This document shows positions 19,501 through 32,900 of a stretch of 64,000 nt of DNA, piece by piece. Every line of letters starts with the position of its first letter. The first letter of the stretch is position 1. The notes beneath the pieces were generated by a model that was not told the DNA's origin, ran no database searches, and worked only from the letters and a program-made list of their open reading frames with translations. This DNA comes from Thalia democratica (Eukaryota), in assembly GCA_965202585.1 (NCBI GenBank), contig OZ241827.1:74400001-74464000 (forward strand), read 5' to 3'. The position numbers and the translations under genes were made by a program.

Positions 19501-20789
19501 CTTCAACATTCACCCTGAATCGTTCCTGAAGTCGATGAGCAGCTCCATGCACAAGCAGTTTCCAGTTCCCTTGGAGCAGCAGCAGAACATACAGCACATA
19601 CATCAGAGCATCAAGAACGAGCCAATCAACGTGCACAACAGCCAGGAGTCTACAGAAAGCGCAACAGCTTGCTACCAGCAGCAGCAGGATAAAAACAACC
19701 AGCAGCAGCAGAGTTACCAGAAGGAAGCGGTCAGTTTGTCAAGTATATCGAAATTTTAGCTTTAAACAAGATTTCCAGTCTGGAATAAACTTGGTATAAT
19801 CATAATATTGAGTGTAGAGATAAGCTGGTTTAGGGAACATTTTAATTTGATCTCTTAAATTAAAAATATATTTTTCAAGTGACAGCCATTCAAACTTGTG
19901 TAGTTGTTTTGCTACTTAGAAATTTAAACTCTTCATTAACAATTTTTTTGGATTAGTTTTTAAAGTGATGAATACTAAAGAAGTTTTAAAGCGCTTGGTA
20001 TAACAAAAATTTAACTAAATTACACAGAATTGTTTTCTGAAAATTAGTTTTAAACCTAAACCATGATAATATAATACTGAACTATTTATAGGACTACGAA
20101 AAGGAAGCTAACTTCGACAAGAACATAGTGGACCAGCAATCTAGTCAAGCGTACCAGGACAAACCGGGTCCAAGCCACGATTATTCGGAAGAAGCCGGTC
20201 CGAGCCACCAAAGTTACCAGAAAGATGACCAGGATGGTGATTATGAGAACATGGAAGGTCTGTCAGACGAAGAATACGGTTTGTTGAGTTTTGATTATTT
20301 AAGTAAATTGTAAATTCCCTACAAGTTATTGAATTTTATATAGTGTTAAATAAATAAGAGTTACAAAAATGCCAATTGTGAATATTTGTTAATGTAATTG
20401 TATAATTCTCGTATCTAAAGATCTTTTTTTAATTAAAGACAGTCTAAGTAAGTTAAAAAAAATCCTTTTGGAATGTTTAAATCACATTTTCCTCTCAGTC
20501 TTAAGCTTATAAATTACAGAGAACTATCATTTGAACCAGTGATCGATAAAATATGTAGCTATTTTAAAAATGTTTTCACTAATTGTTAATATTACTGTGC
20601 TAATTATACTAATTAATACCAAAATCACTGAACGAGTTTCTAAATAACACTACACTTGAACTTTAGAGTAAACATATACATTATAAACACTCATTGACAG
20701 AAAGTGACAATGAAGTAGTGGAGGTTTTCGACGATGACAAACAAGTCAGCGATGTACTTCAATCAATAAGGTCAGAATCCCCTGAATAA
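16548..20789 (+). CDS. HLH-domain protein lacking a basic region (Id/Emc-like HLH) with His/Tyr/Pro- and Gln-rich and acidic C-terminal extension, ~515 aa; exons 16548-16664, 17011-17148, 18572(or 18581)-19351, 19493-19729, 20092-20278, 20701-20789
   Basis: Exons 1-2 give HGKINGSIDTLWNMIPNIPEGTKATKLK|VLKYTIQYLNYLKQK, fitting the helix-loop-helix pattern (IN..F..L..LIP..P...K.SK..IL...I.YI..L). All junctions are GT-AG with consistent phases (0,0,0,0,1). Exon 3 has strongly GC-rich codons. Stop TAA at 20787-20789 followed by AATAAA. Confidence 0.72.
18436..18516. repeat. Short imperfect tandem repeat (~17-20 bp unit CCTTAAAAATTTAGAAA, about 3 copies) in HLH intron 2
   Basis: CCTTGAAAATTTAGAAAAG, CCTTAAAAATTTAGAAAAG and CCTTAAAAATTTAGAAA are visible in succession. 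Confidence 0.6.
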
Positions 20790-21648
20790 TAAAAAGTTTC
20801 TTCATTTCGTTATCAATTGTACATGAGTTGTTTGAAATGGGTGCTTCAAAATTAAAAAGTTTTTAAGATAAAAAAGTATCAAAAAATACACTTAAAATGA
20901 TTTCCTAATCCAGCAAGTTATGCATACTAACACCACATTGATTTTAAAATGAAAACTACTTGGATTGAGTTTGTTACAATTAATTGATATACAAACATTT
21001 TTTTTTCTGTTCAAAGTTAGAACCAGTCCAAAATGTTTTTTGATGTATGTTTAAAAAAAAAATTTTTAAAGCTTTTAACAAGTTTTATTTCTGTACAATA
21101 GTTATGTTGTTTAAATTTTCTTGTAAATGAGTTTCGGTAAAACTAGGTATAATGTGTGTTTACTTGTTTTGTTATTTGTATTATGTGTTTTTGTTCGTTT
21201 CTTGTTCATTGAAAAAATTTTTCGTTAATAAAGTTTTGTTTAAAAATGTTGCTTTTTATTAATTACTACTAATACTAACCACTAGAACTCAGTATGTTCA
21301 AATCTGACCACAGAGACTAATTTCAGATAAAGTACTAGTTTACAGTTTTTATAAACTTTTTTTTGCATTGTTCAATTGCTTCTGTGCAGTCATATATTAA
21401 TACATTAAAAATAAAATTCCTGCGAAAAAAAGTGCAGCTTGGGGTGTTTCCTTTTCACAGTATAAACGATATACACAACTTGGGAAAGACTAATTGTTTT
21501 ATACTAAATGTAGTAATTTGTAATCATGTTGCATACATCTGTGTATGTTATGTATATTACAGCTGTAAGTTGAAGCAATATAAGATAATTTAAATCTCAC
21601 AAAATGTAGAAAGCTGTGAGAACTTTCACATTTAAAGTTATATTATAC

Positions 21649-21952
21649 GGATTTCCCAAAAAACCTGGAATTTGATAACATGGGGCAAAAATAAACAAGG
21701 AGTTTAAAACTATTTTTACATGTTAAGTAAAAAGAACTTCGATTATATACAAAACAATTATAATAAAATATAAAAATTTTGTATCATTTAATTGTTTTTT
21801 CATTAAAAAACACATTTTAAGTAGCTTTATATTATCTTCTCAATGCTATTATACATACACAGCTTTTCTTTTATATAGCTTTTTTAACTAGAGTTTAATT
21901 TAATATTAAGAATGTACTTAAAAACTTAGTTTTTTTAACCTGGAAGAAATTT
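21649..21952. mobile_element. Partial copy of the ACCTGGAA-type element seen at 4826-5135
   Basis: Colinear similarity with 4850-5100: AAAAAACCTGGAATTT, ACATGTT.AGTA, ATTT.AAGTAGCTTTA, GTACTTAAAAA, AACCTGGAAGAAATT. Confidence 0.5.
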
Positions 21953-22084
21953 ACAAAAAACTTTAGCAGTCCTTATTATAATTTAATATTTACTTAAGAT
22001 ATTACTAAGTAGTTATCAATTTTAATAACTGGAAAATTTAGATAAACATTTTTACATTGAAGTTAAACAAAATAATAATTACAC

Positions 22085-22341
22085 CAGGGTTCTCCAAACT
22101 AAATTGCTCCCCCTCTCTAAAAACTTACATTAAATACGCCTAAAACCTTTTTTCGTTCTTTATAATCAACTTCAGAATATCTAGTATAAGTTTAAATTAC
22201 GGCCTCATGATCCCTGCCCCCATTACAGCATCCTTAAGTGTATTTTCAAAACTACCCTTAAATTCGTCTAAGACTTTTTTTTGCTCTTCACCATCCAGAA
22301 TACCTAGTGTTTCGAATTATGGCCAGCTTTGGTAGACCCTC
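22085..22341. mobile_element. hAT-type MITE
   Basis: Imperfect TIR CAGGGTTCTCCAAA / TTTGGTAGACCCTC. The 8-bp flanks AATTACAC (22077-22084) and ATTTACAC (22342-22349) match at 7/8, as expected for a hAT TSD. Confidence 0.65.
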
Positions 22342-22394
22342 ATTTACACTAACTTTTTTTTTTGTTAGCTGTAAATTTCATCTAGTGTATAGAC

Positions 22395-22692
22395 CAGGGG
22401 TCGGCAGCCTAAGTCCCTCGCGGGCCAATTTTCATAAAAAAAATGCTCGCGGGCCGCACTTATTCTAAAATAACTGTAATAATCACTATAGAAAATGCGT
22501 TTAAAACCAAAAAAAGATAAAATAAGCAATAATAAAGCACTAGTAAAGAGTAATTATTGAACTAAGAGCCTGATTCTAAGTTTTTATTATTATTTTTTAA
22601 ATTTTATTGTTTTAAAAAAGTATGTTTTTAGCTAAAAAGTACCTCGCAGGCCGCAAATTATTGCTTTGAGGGCGGCAATTTGCCGACCCCTG
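22395..22692. mobile_element. hAT-type MITE (CAGGGGTCGGCA family)
   Basis: Perfect 12-bp TIR CAGGGGTCGGCA / TGCCGACCCCTG, internal GCGGGCCGCA motifs, and flanks GTATAGAC / GTATATGC (6/8). Same family as 47294-47630. Confidence 0.85.
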
Positions 22693-23914
22693 GTATATGC
22701 GATCTAAAAAAATGAATAAAAAGTTAATTATTTTTTTTTTCAAGTCTAAAAAAAGTTAAATAAAAGAATTCTCTAAGCTACTAAAAACTTTTTTAATAAA
22801 TAACCCGGTGTATATTTATTTATATTATAGGCAAATTAGTTCCATTACGAAGTTAAGTGTACAACTAAACTAAAAAAAGATATTTTTACCTTTTTTTCAA
22901 ATATATTTTTAGTGTCTTTAGATTGTAGTTTTAGACACAATTTTTTTGTATTGTAGCTTTTCTATAAAAAAATGTAAGTAACTTAGTATATATGTACCTG
23001 AAAAACATAAACAGCATAAAAGTTGTAAGCTTTTTTACGAGTGAAAATAGTTAGTTTGCTTAAATATTTTGTTGTATATTTTCTGCATGTTCAAAGAAAA
23101 AAAGTTATTACTAAGCTTTTATTAACAAGCAATTTATGGAGTAGACATCTGATACGAATGTATGTTTACAATGCTACAGATATAGTATCCACTGTAACAT
23201 GTTATAGATTATCATGTCTGTTTTAAACATATTGAAACTTAGCTATTATTTCTGAGTACTAAAAAGTAGTTTAATTGTGTTCCTTACACATCATGTTATA
23301 AATTAAGCTTAGAAAGCAGTTAGTAACTTAAAACAGCAATTTCTAGTGAATTCTTTACTTTCATATATTATATAAGTTATAAATAATTTTCAATGTTCTA
23401 AAAAACTTATGGAATACTAGCTTTTAGATAATTAATACAACTTAGCCTAAAAATCTGACAATAAGAGATAAGTACTTGAACTTTTAGGGTTTTAGATGCA
23501 ACAAATATTTTGTCAATTTTCACTTTGTATCAATAACTTATTGTTGTATTATAACAATAAGTATCATATTATATGTATATAAACAGTTAAGTTACTTGTT
23601 AATGTTTTAAAAATATTACTAAGCGGTTTTAACTTTTAACCAGGACAATATAATAAAGCCTTTGTATTTAAATAAGACTAACCTTTGAGCTGGTCGAATT
23701 GCAACGCGTGAGATTTTGGTCTTTTAACTTCGAAACTACTTAACAGCTTGTCAGTACTGTATAGTTTCATTTCAAACATATAACTTGTGTTAAACTTTAC
23801 ACTAACTACTAAGAAGCACAGTTTCAAACAAAACAAAATTTATTAAACTAATTGCATACTTCAACAGTGAACGGAATAAAAATAATTAACTAAACTCATA
23901 AAAACAACTAATAT

Positions 23915-26900
23915 TTATGAAATATCAACGTTTCCATGGCAAATTGCGACGAACATCCAATCAGATCCGTTTATTTCGCTGACTTCAAACAGGCTGTTTC
24001 TCTCCGCTGTTGTGACGTCATAAAACGAAATGACATCATCACGCATCTCTGCTTCCACGCTGCAGTGAAACACACCCAAGCTTTTGTTTTGGGAAATCCC
24101 CGAAAAATCGCAATTGCCGCCCGTGATTTCCAGCAACCTGGTTTGACTGTCTTCTTGTATGATGTCATAATCTACTAAGTTAGAAGCGGTTATTCCAATT
24201 TTCACGCAGGAATCCCGGTAGATGGTGATGTTGAGTTGGATTTTTTGCACCTGCAAAAGTGGGTTGCGATGCTTTAATAATGAAAAGTTAGGAGTTTTGG
24301 AAGCGTCAGTGTTGGCGGGCTTTTTACGAACTTGCAGCTCGGAATTTATGGCTTTGAACTGGCAGTTTGTTGATTGTAAGCACTCGAATATTTCGTTCCC
24401 GGAAAATTCACACACTAAGGAGCTTGCAGGGTTTTTATCAAAGTGCATATTTTCATTGTTACCGGAATGATTATTTAAAGAGTCATTATTTTCAGACAAA
24501 ATTTCTGTGCTGACTTCTTGTTTGTCACCATTTAGTTTCATGTTTTCATCGAAATTGCTGCTGAAATTGTTACCAGAAGGATTCTTATTATCATCCCTAG
24601 ACAATTGGCAATCTTCCTTCGATGAAGTTTTTTTAACTTCACCATTATTTTGTTTTAAAGATTTCTGATCCAAATCATGGAATCCATTAGACATTTCGTT
24701 TGAAGCGTCAAGCTTTAGCTTATTGAGAGTTGCGACAATGACTTCGTGCGCTGTTTTCTTCAAATCAGCTTCAGGTTCTTCCCTGTCTCCGTTTTGTTTA
24801 ACATCATTTTGATTTTTCCCAAAACTCTCCGCTTCAAGAGAATCTTGCTCGCAGCTCTGCAACTTTTCGGGAACGTCTTCAAAAGGAACAATATAAGAAC
24901 TGCTAAAACCTTCAAATTCGCCTATGCCGGAAGCTCCTGTGAACGAACCGTTCAATTCATCCTCAATTTTTTCACTCAATTTTGACCCGTTGACCGTGGG
25001 TTTCTGAATTTTCCTGCCGACAACGGGAGTGGAACAGACCACTTGGTCTTTTCCTTTCGCGTACCCGAACTTTGTGATCTCGCCAGGCGACTTGAACTCT
25101 TTCCTGATATCTTTTGGCAGCGGGGCGATCAAGCTGTTCTCAGAAGTGTTCCCTGAAGTCGTCAGGTTGCCTGAATCGACCACCTGCTCATCTAAGGACT
25201 TCCTGAATGACTCTTCGTTCTCTACGACCTCATTTTCTAGGTTGGTGACGTCATTTTCCAGGTTGGTTGCGTCCTGAATTTGGAAGAAGCTAGTAGCATC
25301 CATCCACTGGTGCTCGTCTTCTCGGGAGCTGCCGTTGACTCCCGATTGGATCAGCTCGGAAATTTCTCCCAGGGTCATCTGAGATCCGTTTCGATTACTT
25401 GAGTGAGTCGGATCAACCTGAGAGCTACCGCTCACACCAGCTTGTAACTCTCTCAAGTCAGTATTAGGTTTGTTTTGATTGCCGTATCCGTTGACTCCTG
25501 CTTGGACAAGTCCTCCGAAAATCATTTCAGTTCCATTCGTTTCTCGACCATTTGAGATCATTAGTGATCCGTTTTGACCATGAGTTTGATTTGTTTGGCT
25601 GTCTTTGGACATTTCTCCTTCTCCGTTCGTCGAAGGCTGCTCATTGGCCGCTTCTTTCTGCTTTTTTCTTTCGAGCACCTGCTTGTAATACTCCAGGTCA
25701 CTTTCATCGAACTCACCTAAAAGTTTGAGATTTAGTTATTTTTTAAAAGTTTGTTTTGAATGCTTCGCAAATCTATAAATAAACGTTTTGAATGAAAAAT
25801 AAACATACAAATTAGTTTATAATTTTTTTAGAAGTAATGACATAAAGTAAAATTAGTAATGGAATCATAATTGAAAGGTAGTGCAGGAAAACAATTAACA
25901 GATTACTTACAATATTTTGGTTATTACGTCACAAACCTTTAGCCAGTTTGACGATGGTCTCCATTTCCTTCTTCCAGTCCATCTGCAGCGATTGACGCAT
26001 GTCTGTGACGTCACAGTCTTCAGTTTTATCGACCTTCTGCAGCGCCCGGTCGGCGTCTTTAATGCTGTTTGAAGTTATCAGTGGTTTCAAATAAATACTC
26101 ATTATTTTATAGATATGTAAACATAATAAATTAAAAAATATGCAGTTTGATTTACTGTAGATTAAAAACATGAAAAACATTCACTAAACTATATAAACAA
26201 ACAAAAAGTTAAGTTGATGTGATTTAAACTTATTACTTCAAAAGTTTTCTAATCATAGACTGTATTTGTTAATGAGTGAATTAAAGAATAAAATTGTTTA
26301 GTTCTGTACAATCTAAAAGGTGAACAAACAATCACCTGTCTTCGATGATGTATAGGTTCTGCAGGAAGAAGTCGTCTTTGTCTTCCTCTTCCGTGTACTT
26401 TTCAATGAACTTGAGATCGTTGGTTGATTTCAACAGTGCATCGCGGTACATGTTAATCTGGAAATAGCGTATCAGTTGAAAATTTATTCAGTACTAAATA
26501 TTTGCAGTTTTTAACATGATTTGGTAATACAGTGTTTTGTAATCTAAAAAGTTTGTTTTTTTAACGTACATTTTAGTATCAGCACTAGAAGGTCCAAACG
26601 CTTATTTGAAAATCTAAAAGAACAAAAACTTTTAAATGAATTTTAACTATAACAACAATAAAAAAAAAATTAAACTGACTTGCGCTTCCAATTTGAGTTG
26701 CTTTCCCTTCCTCACACCCTCTATACTACCCATCATTTCCTCCCTCCTTCTCTCCACATACTCGCTCACTGCCACCAGCCTCAACATTTCCTCACTCATT
26801 ATACTGTCCGTTTGCTCCTGTGTTAAAATATTGAAATTTCAAGTTGTTTTGTTTGTGTTAGAAATGTTCTTTGCTTTTTCAACTTAAAACATTTGTTTCC

Positions 26901-29900
26901 TAATATTTTCTTTCTGTAACTAGAATTAGTAATTGAAAAAAAAATTGAATTAACAAAACGTTTTTAATTCTGATAACAAAAAAGCTATACAAGTATCCCG
27001 ATTCATATAAGTTAGTAAGACTTGTTGAACCATGTATTTCGTAGAACTGTGAAGTTTAACTTTTAAAACAAAAAACGTAAAGACATTTTTTTTATCACAT
27101 CTGAATTTGAAAACTTTCTAAATGTTATTAAAGAATAACTACAATTAGGCTTTAAAAATAAAAATCTGTAAAGTAAAGTTGCTTTTTTGAGATTTTTAAA
27201 AGGTCTCGTTCATCATTATTAGAATTTGAAATATTTTATTTTCAATTATCTTCGTTGTGTTTACAGTTTGTTATAGATAAAGCGTATAATAATTAAAAAA
27301 AAAAACTAACATTTAAAGCTTCATACTTTTTGACTACATTGCCAGCATTTTCAAGAACATTTTTTTGTTTTTCTTTGATAGTTTCAATTTTCCTTTCAAC
27401 GAGTTTTTTAGCTTTCCTGATAAGTTAAACAAAATTTTTATTAATCCGCTTTTTATTTTACATTAACAACCGGAGTTTTTTTACATCTAAATTAGATTTT
27501 TTTTTAATAAAACTTTTGTGAAAGTTTTAGTATGCTATTTCAATATAAATACTCATATTTGAAGCCTCGAAAACATTTGTAAAATAAAATGTTTACTACA
27601 AAATATACAAATAATCAATACTTTGTTATATCTTTAATACAGTTTGTTTATATTATTTTAACTTTCGTACAAAATGACCGTGATAATTTGTTGCATTCAC
27701 AGATAATTTTAACAATTTAGTATGCAAATATTTCCTTGGTGATCGTTTGTTTTACAAAAATATAGAAGTTTTTAGTTATTAGTTTTTAAAACAGAAAAAT
27801 TAATATAATGTTTTATCTCTCATTTTAATTGTCAAAAGCTTTAATAGCGTTTAAATAAAATTATTTACAAAATTTAAATAGACTTTCAAGTAAATAAGGG
27901 TGGTATATTTAGAAACTTACTAAACTTAACAATTATATCTTAAAATCAGCATTTCTAAAAACTTAGGCTATCTAAAAATGTTATGACAAAGCTAACTATA
28001 GCAGTTTTATATGCAGTTTTAGATAACAATTTAATTAATAATTGAGAAAATTTTTCATGAAGAGTTTTTTGTATCTACGTGTATTATTGTAGCAAAGTTA
28101 TAAAAAAAATATTAAAGCCTACTAATACGAAAAACTAAACAAAAACTTAAAAATTATCAACAAAACCAACTCTCTCGCTTTGGTCAGCTGGACGATCTTG
28201 TGTCCCTTGCAAAACTTGTGCCTCCCACTTCCGTTCTTGCACCGGTGACAGATTGTCTTCTGACACGTGTCGCAATACCACGTCACCGTCTCCTTGGGGT
28301 GCTGCTGACAGTGGGCCACCTGCAACCACTAGGTGTGTGAGAAAAAAGTAAGGGGATTTTTCAGGGGGTTTTTGGTTAAAAGTGGGCAAAAAATGTAAAA
28401 ATTTTGCAAATGCTTTTGGTTATGTGAGTTTTTCAAACTTAAGGTAGAGAGTTAAATTGAAAAATTGAATAAAAACTGGAAATAAAATCATCAGCAAAAG
28501 TAAATTAACTTTGAAAGTTGAAAGAAAGAATTATCTGCAAAATTTTCAGGAAATCTAAATCAAATTGAAAACTATACTGGAAAAAATGTTTATCTTAAGG
28601 TCTAAAAATAAAAAAAATGTTTTGTAAAAGTTTAAACATTTTTTTTTGTTTGTATATTTTGTAAACTTACAGTTGGTTTTGGAATTTTGTGGTTCGGTCC
28701 TTTTGTACCATGCTGCGCCTTTTTAGTGTTCCAAATGTGCACCTCCTTGAAGCAAACGTTGCAAAAGTGCATCTTAAACAGAAACAGTAAATATAAAGAT
28801 TGTGTAATATTGATGTAATAGGAGGTTTTTGTGTGAAGTTCAAGCTACAAAGAGTTCAAGGCTTTTAAAATTAAAACTAGTAAACTTCAAAAATTGTAGA
28901 AAATCGATAATAGCAAAAGTTTGTTTAAAAAAATTACAAATCTAAAACAATTACATACTGGTTTAATTACATTTGTATTGCTATATTTCAAAAATCAGTT
29001 ATCAAACTAACTTTTAAAAATAAGAACAATCAAGATAAGTACATAAATCTTACAAGCACTATCAGTGCATACTGATAAAAAAGAACTGATAATTACAAGG
29101 TTTAGGCATATCACTTATTTTAGGATACTTTTTGATGTTCTAATAATTAACAGTAACTAACAGAGCAATCCACGCATGTTTTAGTAGCAGCTCTTGGCGG
29201 AGGGGCGCAATATGTGCATTTTACTTCAACCGCAGATTTCGCTTTCGATGTGAACCTCTCCACCACCCTCTCTAATCCTACATTCCTGTTATAAGGAATA
29301 AAACATTGTGTGTAAAATTGTATGGATATAAAAGCATGTATATTAAGTTTCTTAATATTATATGTCGATCAGAAGTGAGTGAGCAGTGTTGCGCTCAAAA
29401 GTCAAATAAAATGAAGCTTATATGGCCGATAAAAAAAAACACAATGAGAAATTTTCTCAAATTTATCTGGTAAATCTGTCTAAACACGTTGAATTGCAAT
29501 CATGCTGGCTTTTGAAAATATAATAGAATGCAATTTGAGCACCAAAAAACCTTATTGTAGAGTTTTTTTTACAAGTATACCAATTGAACCCTTTTGTACT
29601 TATAGCCAGCTTTTTTAGAAACTCATCACAGAACTAAAAAAGTAAAAATTCAAATAATCTGAAGTGAAACCTGAGCAGGCTCGTGAAACCACCAAGCGGA
29701 AGCTCAATATTCTCGTTACAAGCTGGGCAGTGGAGAAATTTAATTCTGCTCGATTTCAGTGCCTGCAATGTAAAACTTTTTAGGTTTTTCTTAATTAATT
29801 GAAAATTTTTTTTTTTTGAAATATGTGTATGTGCACAAACTGAAACAAATTAATTAAATTACTGTTGTTCTAGAAAAAAAACTAACAATAAAGTATTTTA

Positions 29901-32900
29901 GCAGCTTCAAAGGTCTCAGTATATAGAAGATTGATAGTAAGTATTAAAAAAAAATATTGTGCTTCAATGTTTCAACTAATGCTCAATTATCAAGCAACAG
30001 ACCAAGAGTAAAACAATTAAGGTTGAGTTTTAAAGTTGTAAAAGTAACCTCAGCAGTATTTAATAAGAACGTTTTTATGTCAAAAAATAGAACTCAAATA
30101 AGTTAACTCTTGTTTTGAACTGGTTGTTTCTCGTTTCACACTAATCAACACTAAATTAATTGCAACTTTAATTAAAAAATGGTTGTTATCAGTTTGTAGT
30201 TATGATAATGATAATAACAATAGTAATAATTATGATAATAAGAACAAAAATAATAACAATAATAAGAAAAAATTAATGATAAAAAGAAGAACACCAATAA
30301 ATGAACTCAATAATGACGTCACAAACCTTTTGCTGCTGGCTCCTTACTCCCTTCTTGTCCACCGCCAAAAAGCTCCTGCTCCTCTGTGACGTAACACTCG
30401 ACACAGATGACGTCACGCTGTCGATCCTCTTCCGCTGTGACGTCATGGGTGGCGTCATAGGGATCTTGATGCCCAGCGCCGCCTCTGCCATCTTTCGCGG
30501 AGTTTTAAATGTCGGTCTGGGGGAATTATGAACACTGGTGTTGGTTCTGTTGGCGGGAATTCCCGGGAACTTGCTTGGTGCCTTGATGTCGGTCTATAAG
30601 TCAATTAAAATGTAAAGAGTATATATTTCAAATTTTCAGCTTATAAATATCAATGCTAACACTTTACTTTTAGGTTTATATCTAAGCTGTAAGCAAGTGG
30701 ATAAATGTCTGCCTGATCTCAGTCTGAAAGTCAATAAGAGTTTGAAAAGTTCAAATATATTGTTTTATTTATGTAATTATACATTATATCTATCTATATA
30801 AATAAAACACAGTTATTGTTTAATAAAAATTGAAAACAAAACACTTATAAAATGTTTTGTTCTGAAACGTTTTAATAAATTTTTGTTTAGTTATCTGCTG
30901 CTAAGGGTTTACTAGTATTTTATATACAAATACACTGATAAAGTTGAACAGAAAATTTATAAATAAACAAAAAATTTCTCCGCTTTTGTAAGTTAACCTA
31001 GTTTAGAAAACTCAAGTTTAAAATATGTAGTGAAATGTAAAAAGAACTTAATGCGTGCGGTTCAAATAATTTAACTTGATGAAACATTAAAAGTAAGAAC
31101 ATGTTTAAATTGATTATTTCTTGTATTACAAAAAATATATTTCGAACAAATCAAGTTTACGTAGAAAGAAAAAAAAGACGATAAGAAGTTTTTCTTATAC
31201 ACACTTAGTATAGTAAGTGTATAGAAATGAGAAAAGTCTGTAATAAATCATTCATCAATTCACTTTTTATCATTAGTTTTTGGCATCAAGTTTAAAAAAT
31301 AATTAGTGAAGTTCAAAGCTCTATAGTAAAGCCATAGTATTGAAGCTGTATGAATATGGCTATCTATTTTTTTGGGAATGTTTTATATATTTATAATTTA
31401 TGTTACAGGTGGTCTAGTTGATACTATGATCATTTTGTAATAGTTTTTGAAATTATAAAGAAGTACTCTTAAATACTGAGAGAGAAAAATCAACTAAAAA
31501 TCAATAAGAAATTACCTCATTTAGTAAGTAAGTTTTTCTTAAGATTTTAAAAGCTACACATTAGATAACGAAATAAAATATCCTTTGCTAATAGGCTATT
31601 AAAATGAATTAATTTTAATACAACTTTTATACTTTGACTAAAGAATGAACTATGTTAGTACAGTTGTTTTGTTAATTACAAAAAATACAAAAAAAAGTAT
31701 TAAGAATTACAAGCTAGTAAATACACAGCTCCAAACACAATTTTGTTAGTTACTAAGTTTTTTGTAAACAATAAATACTTCTATGCACATAATTATGTAC
31801 GTTTCGGAGAAAATCAATTGGTAAATTATTTAAAAATAAACTCACAACTGAAAATTTCTTCAGGTTGTTTGTTGTCATGGTGATTTGGTGCGGCTCAACT
31901 TTAGCTTTGTTGCTAGCTTTGTCTGCTGTTTATTTTAAATTGTAATTAATACTGTCTTGATTAATTTTAAAACATCTGTTTTTAGGTTTCATTCGCAAAG
32001 AAATTTTAAGATTCAGACATTAAATTCTTAAACTTATTTTATAAAAAAAGTTAATGCATTTTTATAAGTTAATCAGCACAAATCAGTTCAAATAAATAGC
32101 AGTATGTAGAATTGTTGTTGAATATTTTTCAATAATAGTTTTGTCTACTTTTTAATTAACTTGTATTATTATTTATAAAATAAAACTGTGGTACAATCTT
32201 AGTGTAATTTTTTTTTGATTAAATTTGTTGCTATATAAAATTGATCAAGCAACATATATATTCTATAGTAGAGAATATACTAACCTGTTTTATATCTTTT
32301 TAAACTAATCTAGTTTAAATTAAAAGCTTTAAGACTACAAATTTAGTTAGCCCACAAAAAAGCATTATACAAGTTTAATTACAATAAAAAATAAACAAAA
32401 AAACGTGACTCATTTCAAGATAAAAGTATATATTACAATGGTACAAACAAAACTTTCAAAAAAGTTATGAAATATCTAACAAGTAAACATATTTATTTGT
32501 TTAAAACTTCAGTTTAACATGATACATAACTTTATGTATATACTTCTAATGTTAAGTTAATGTGTAAATAGAGCCTTAAAACCTCATACTCTGTTTATCA
32601 GGACAGGGAAACAACTATATCGAACAAACCGTAGTGTTATATTACTAATACTAATGTGTAAAATGTATATGCGTAATACTCACCAATTTTAAGTCCTATT
32701 TCCTCATTGGAATCCTCAGTGTCTTTCAGGACCTGACTCCTGGCGCACCCGTAACACATGGAGTGTTGGCATGGCAACTTGACCGGGTGCTTGTAAACAT
32801 TTTGGCAGTTGGGGCACAAGAGTCTGCTGCTGTAGTCAACTATCTAAAAAAAGAATGTTGAAATTTTTCTACTTGAGTCATAAACAAAAAATCTGCTAAG

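Noticed and set aside
18548-19636. Overlapping antisense and alternate-frame ORFs (105, 70, 180, 67, 65 aa)
   Set aside because: They are shadows of the GC3-rich HLH exons. Only the + frame joins neighbouring exons with proper splice phases.
23936-25277. Plus-strand and alternate-frame ORFs over the TRIM terminal exon (also 60353-61317)
   Set aside because: Antisense shadows of a long coding exon with no independent signal.
30183-30389. Asn-rich 68-aa ORF
   Set aside because: It is a translation of an intronic AAT-type microsatellite plus antisense of a TRIM exon.
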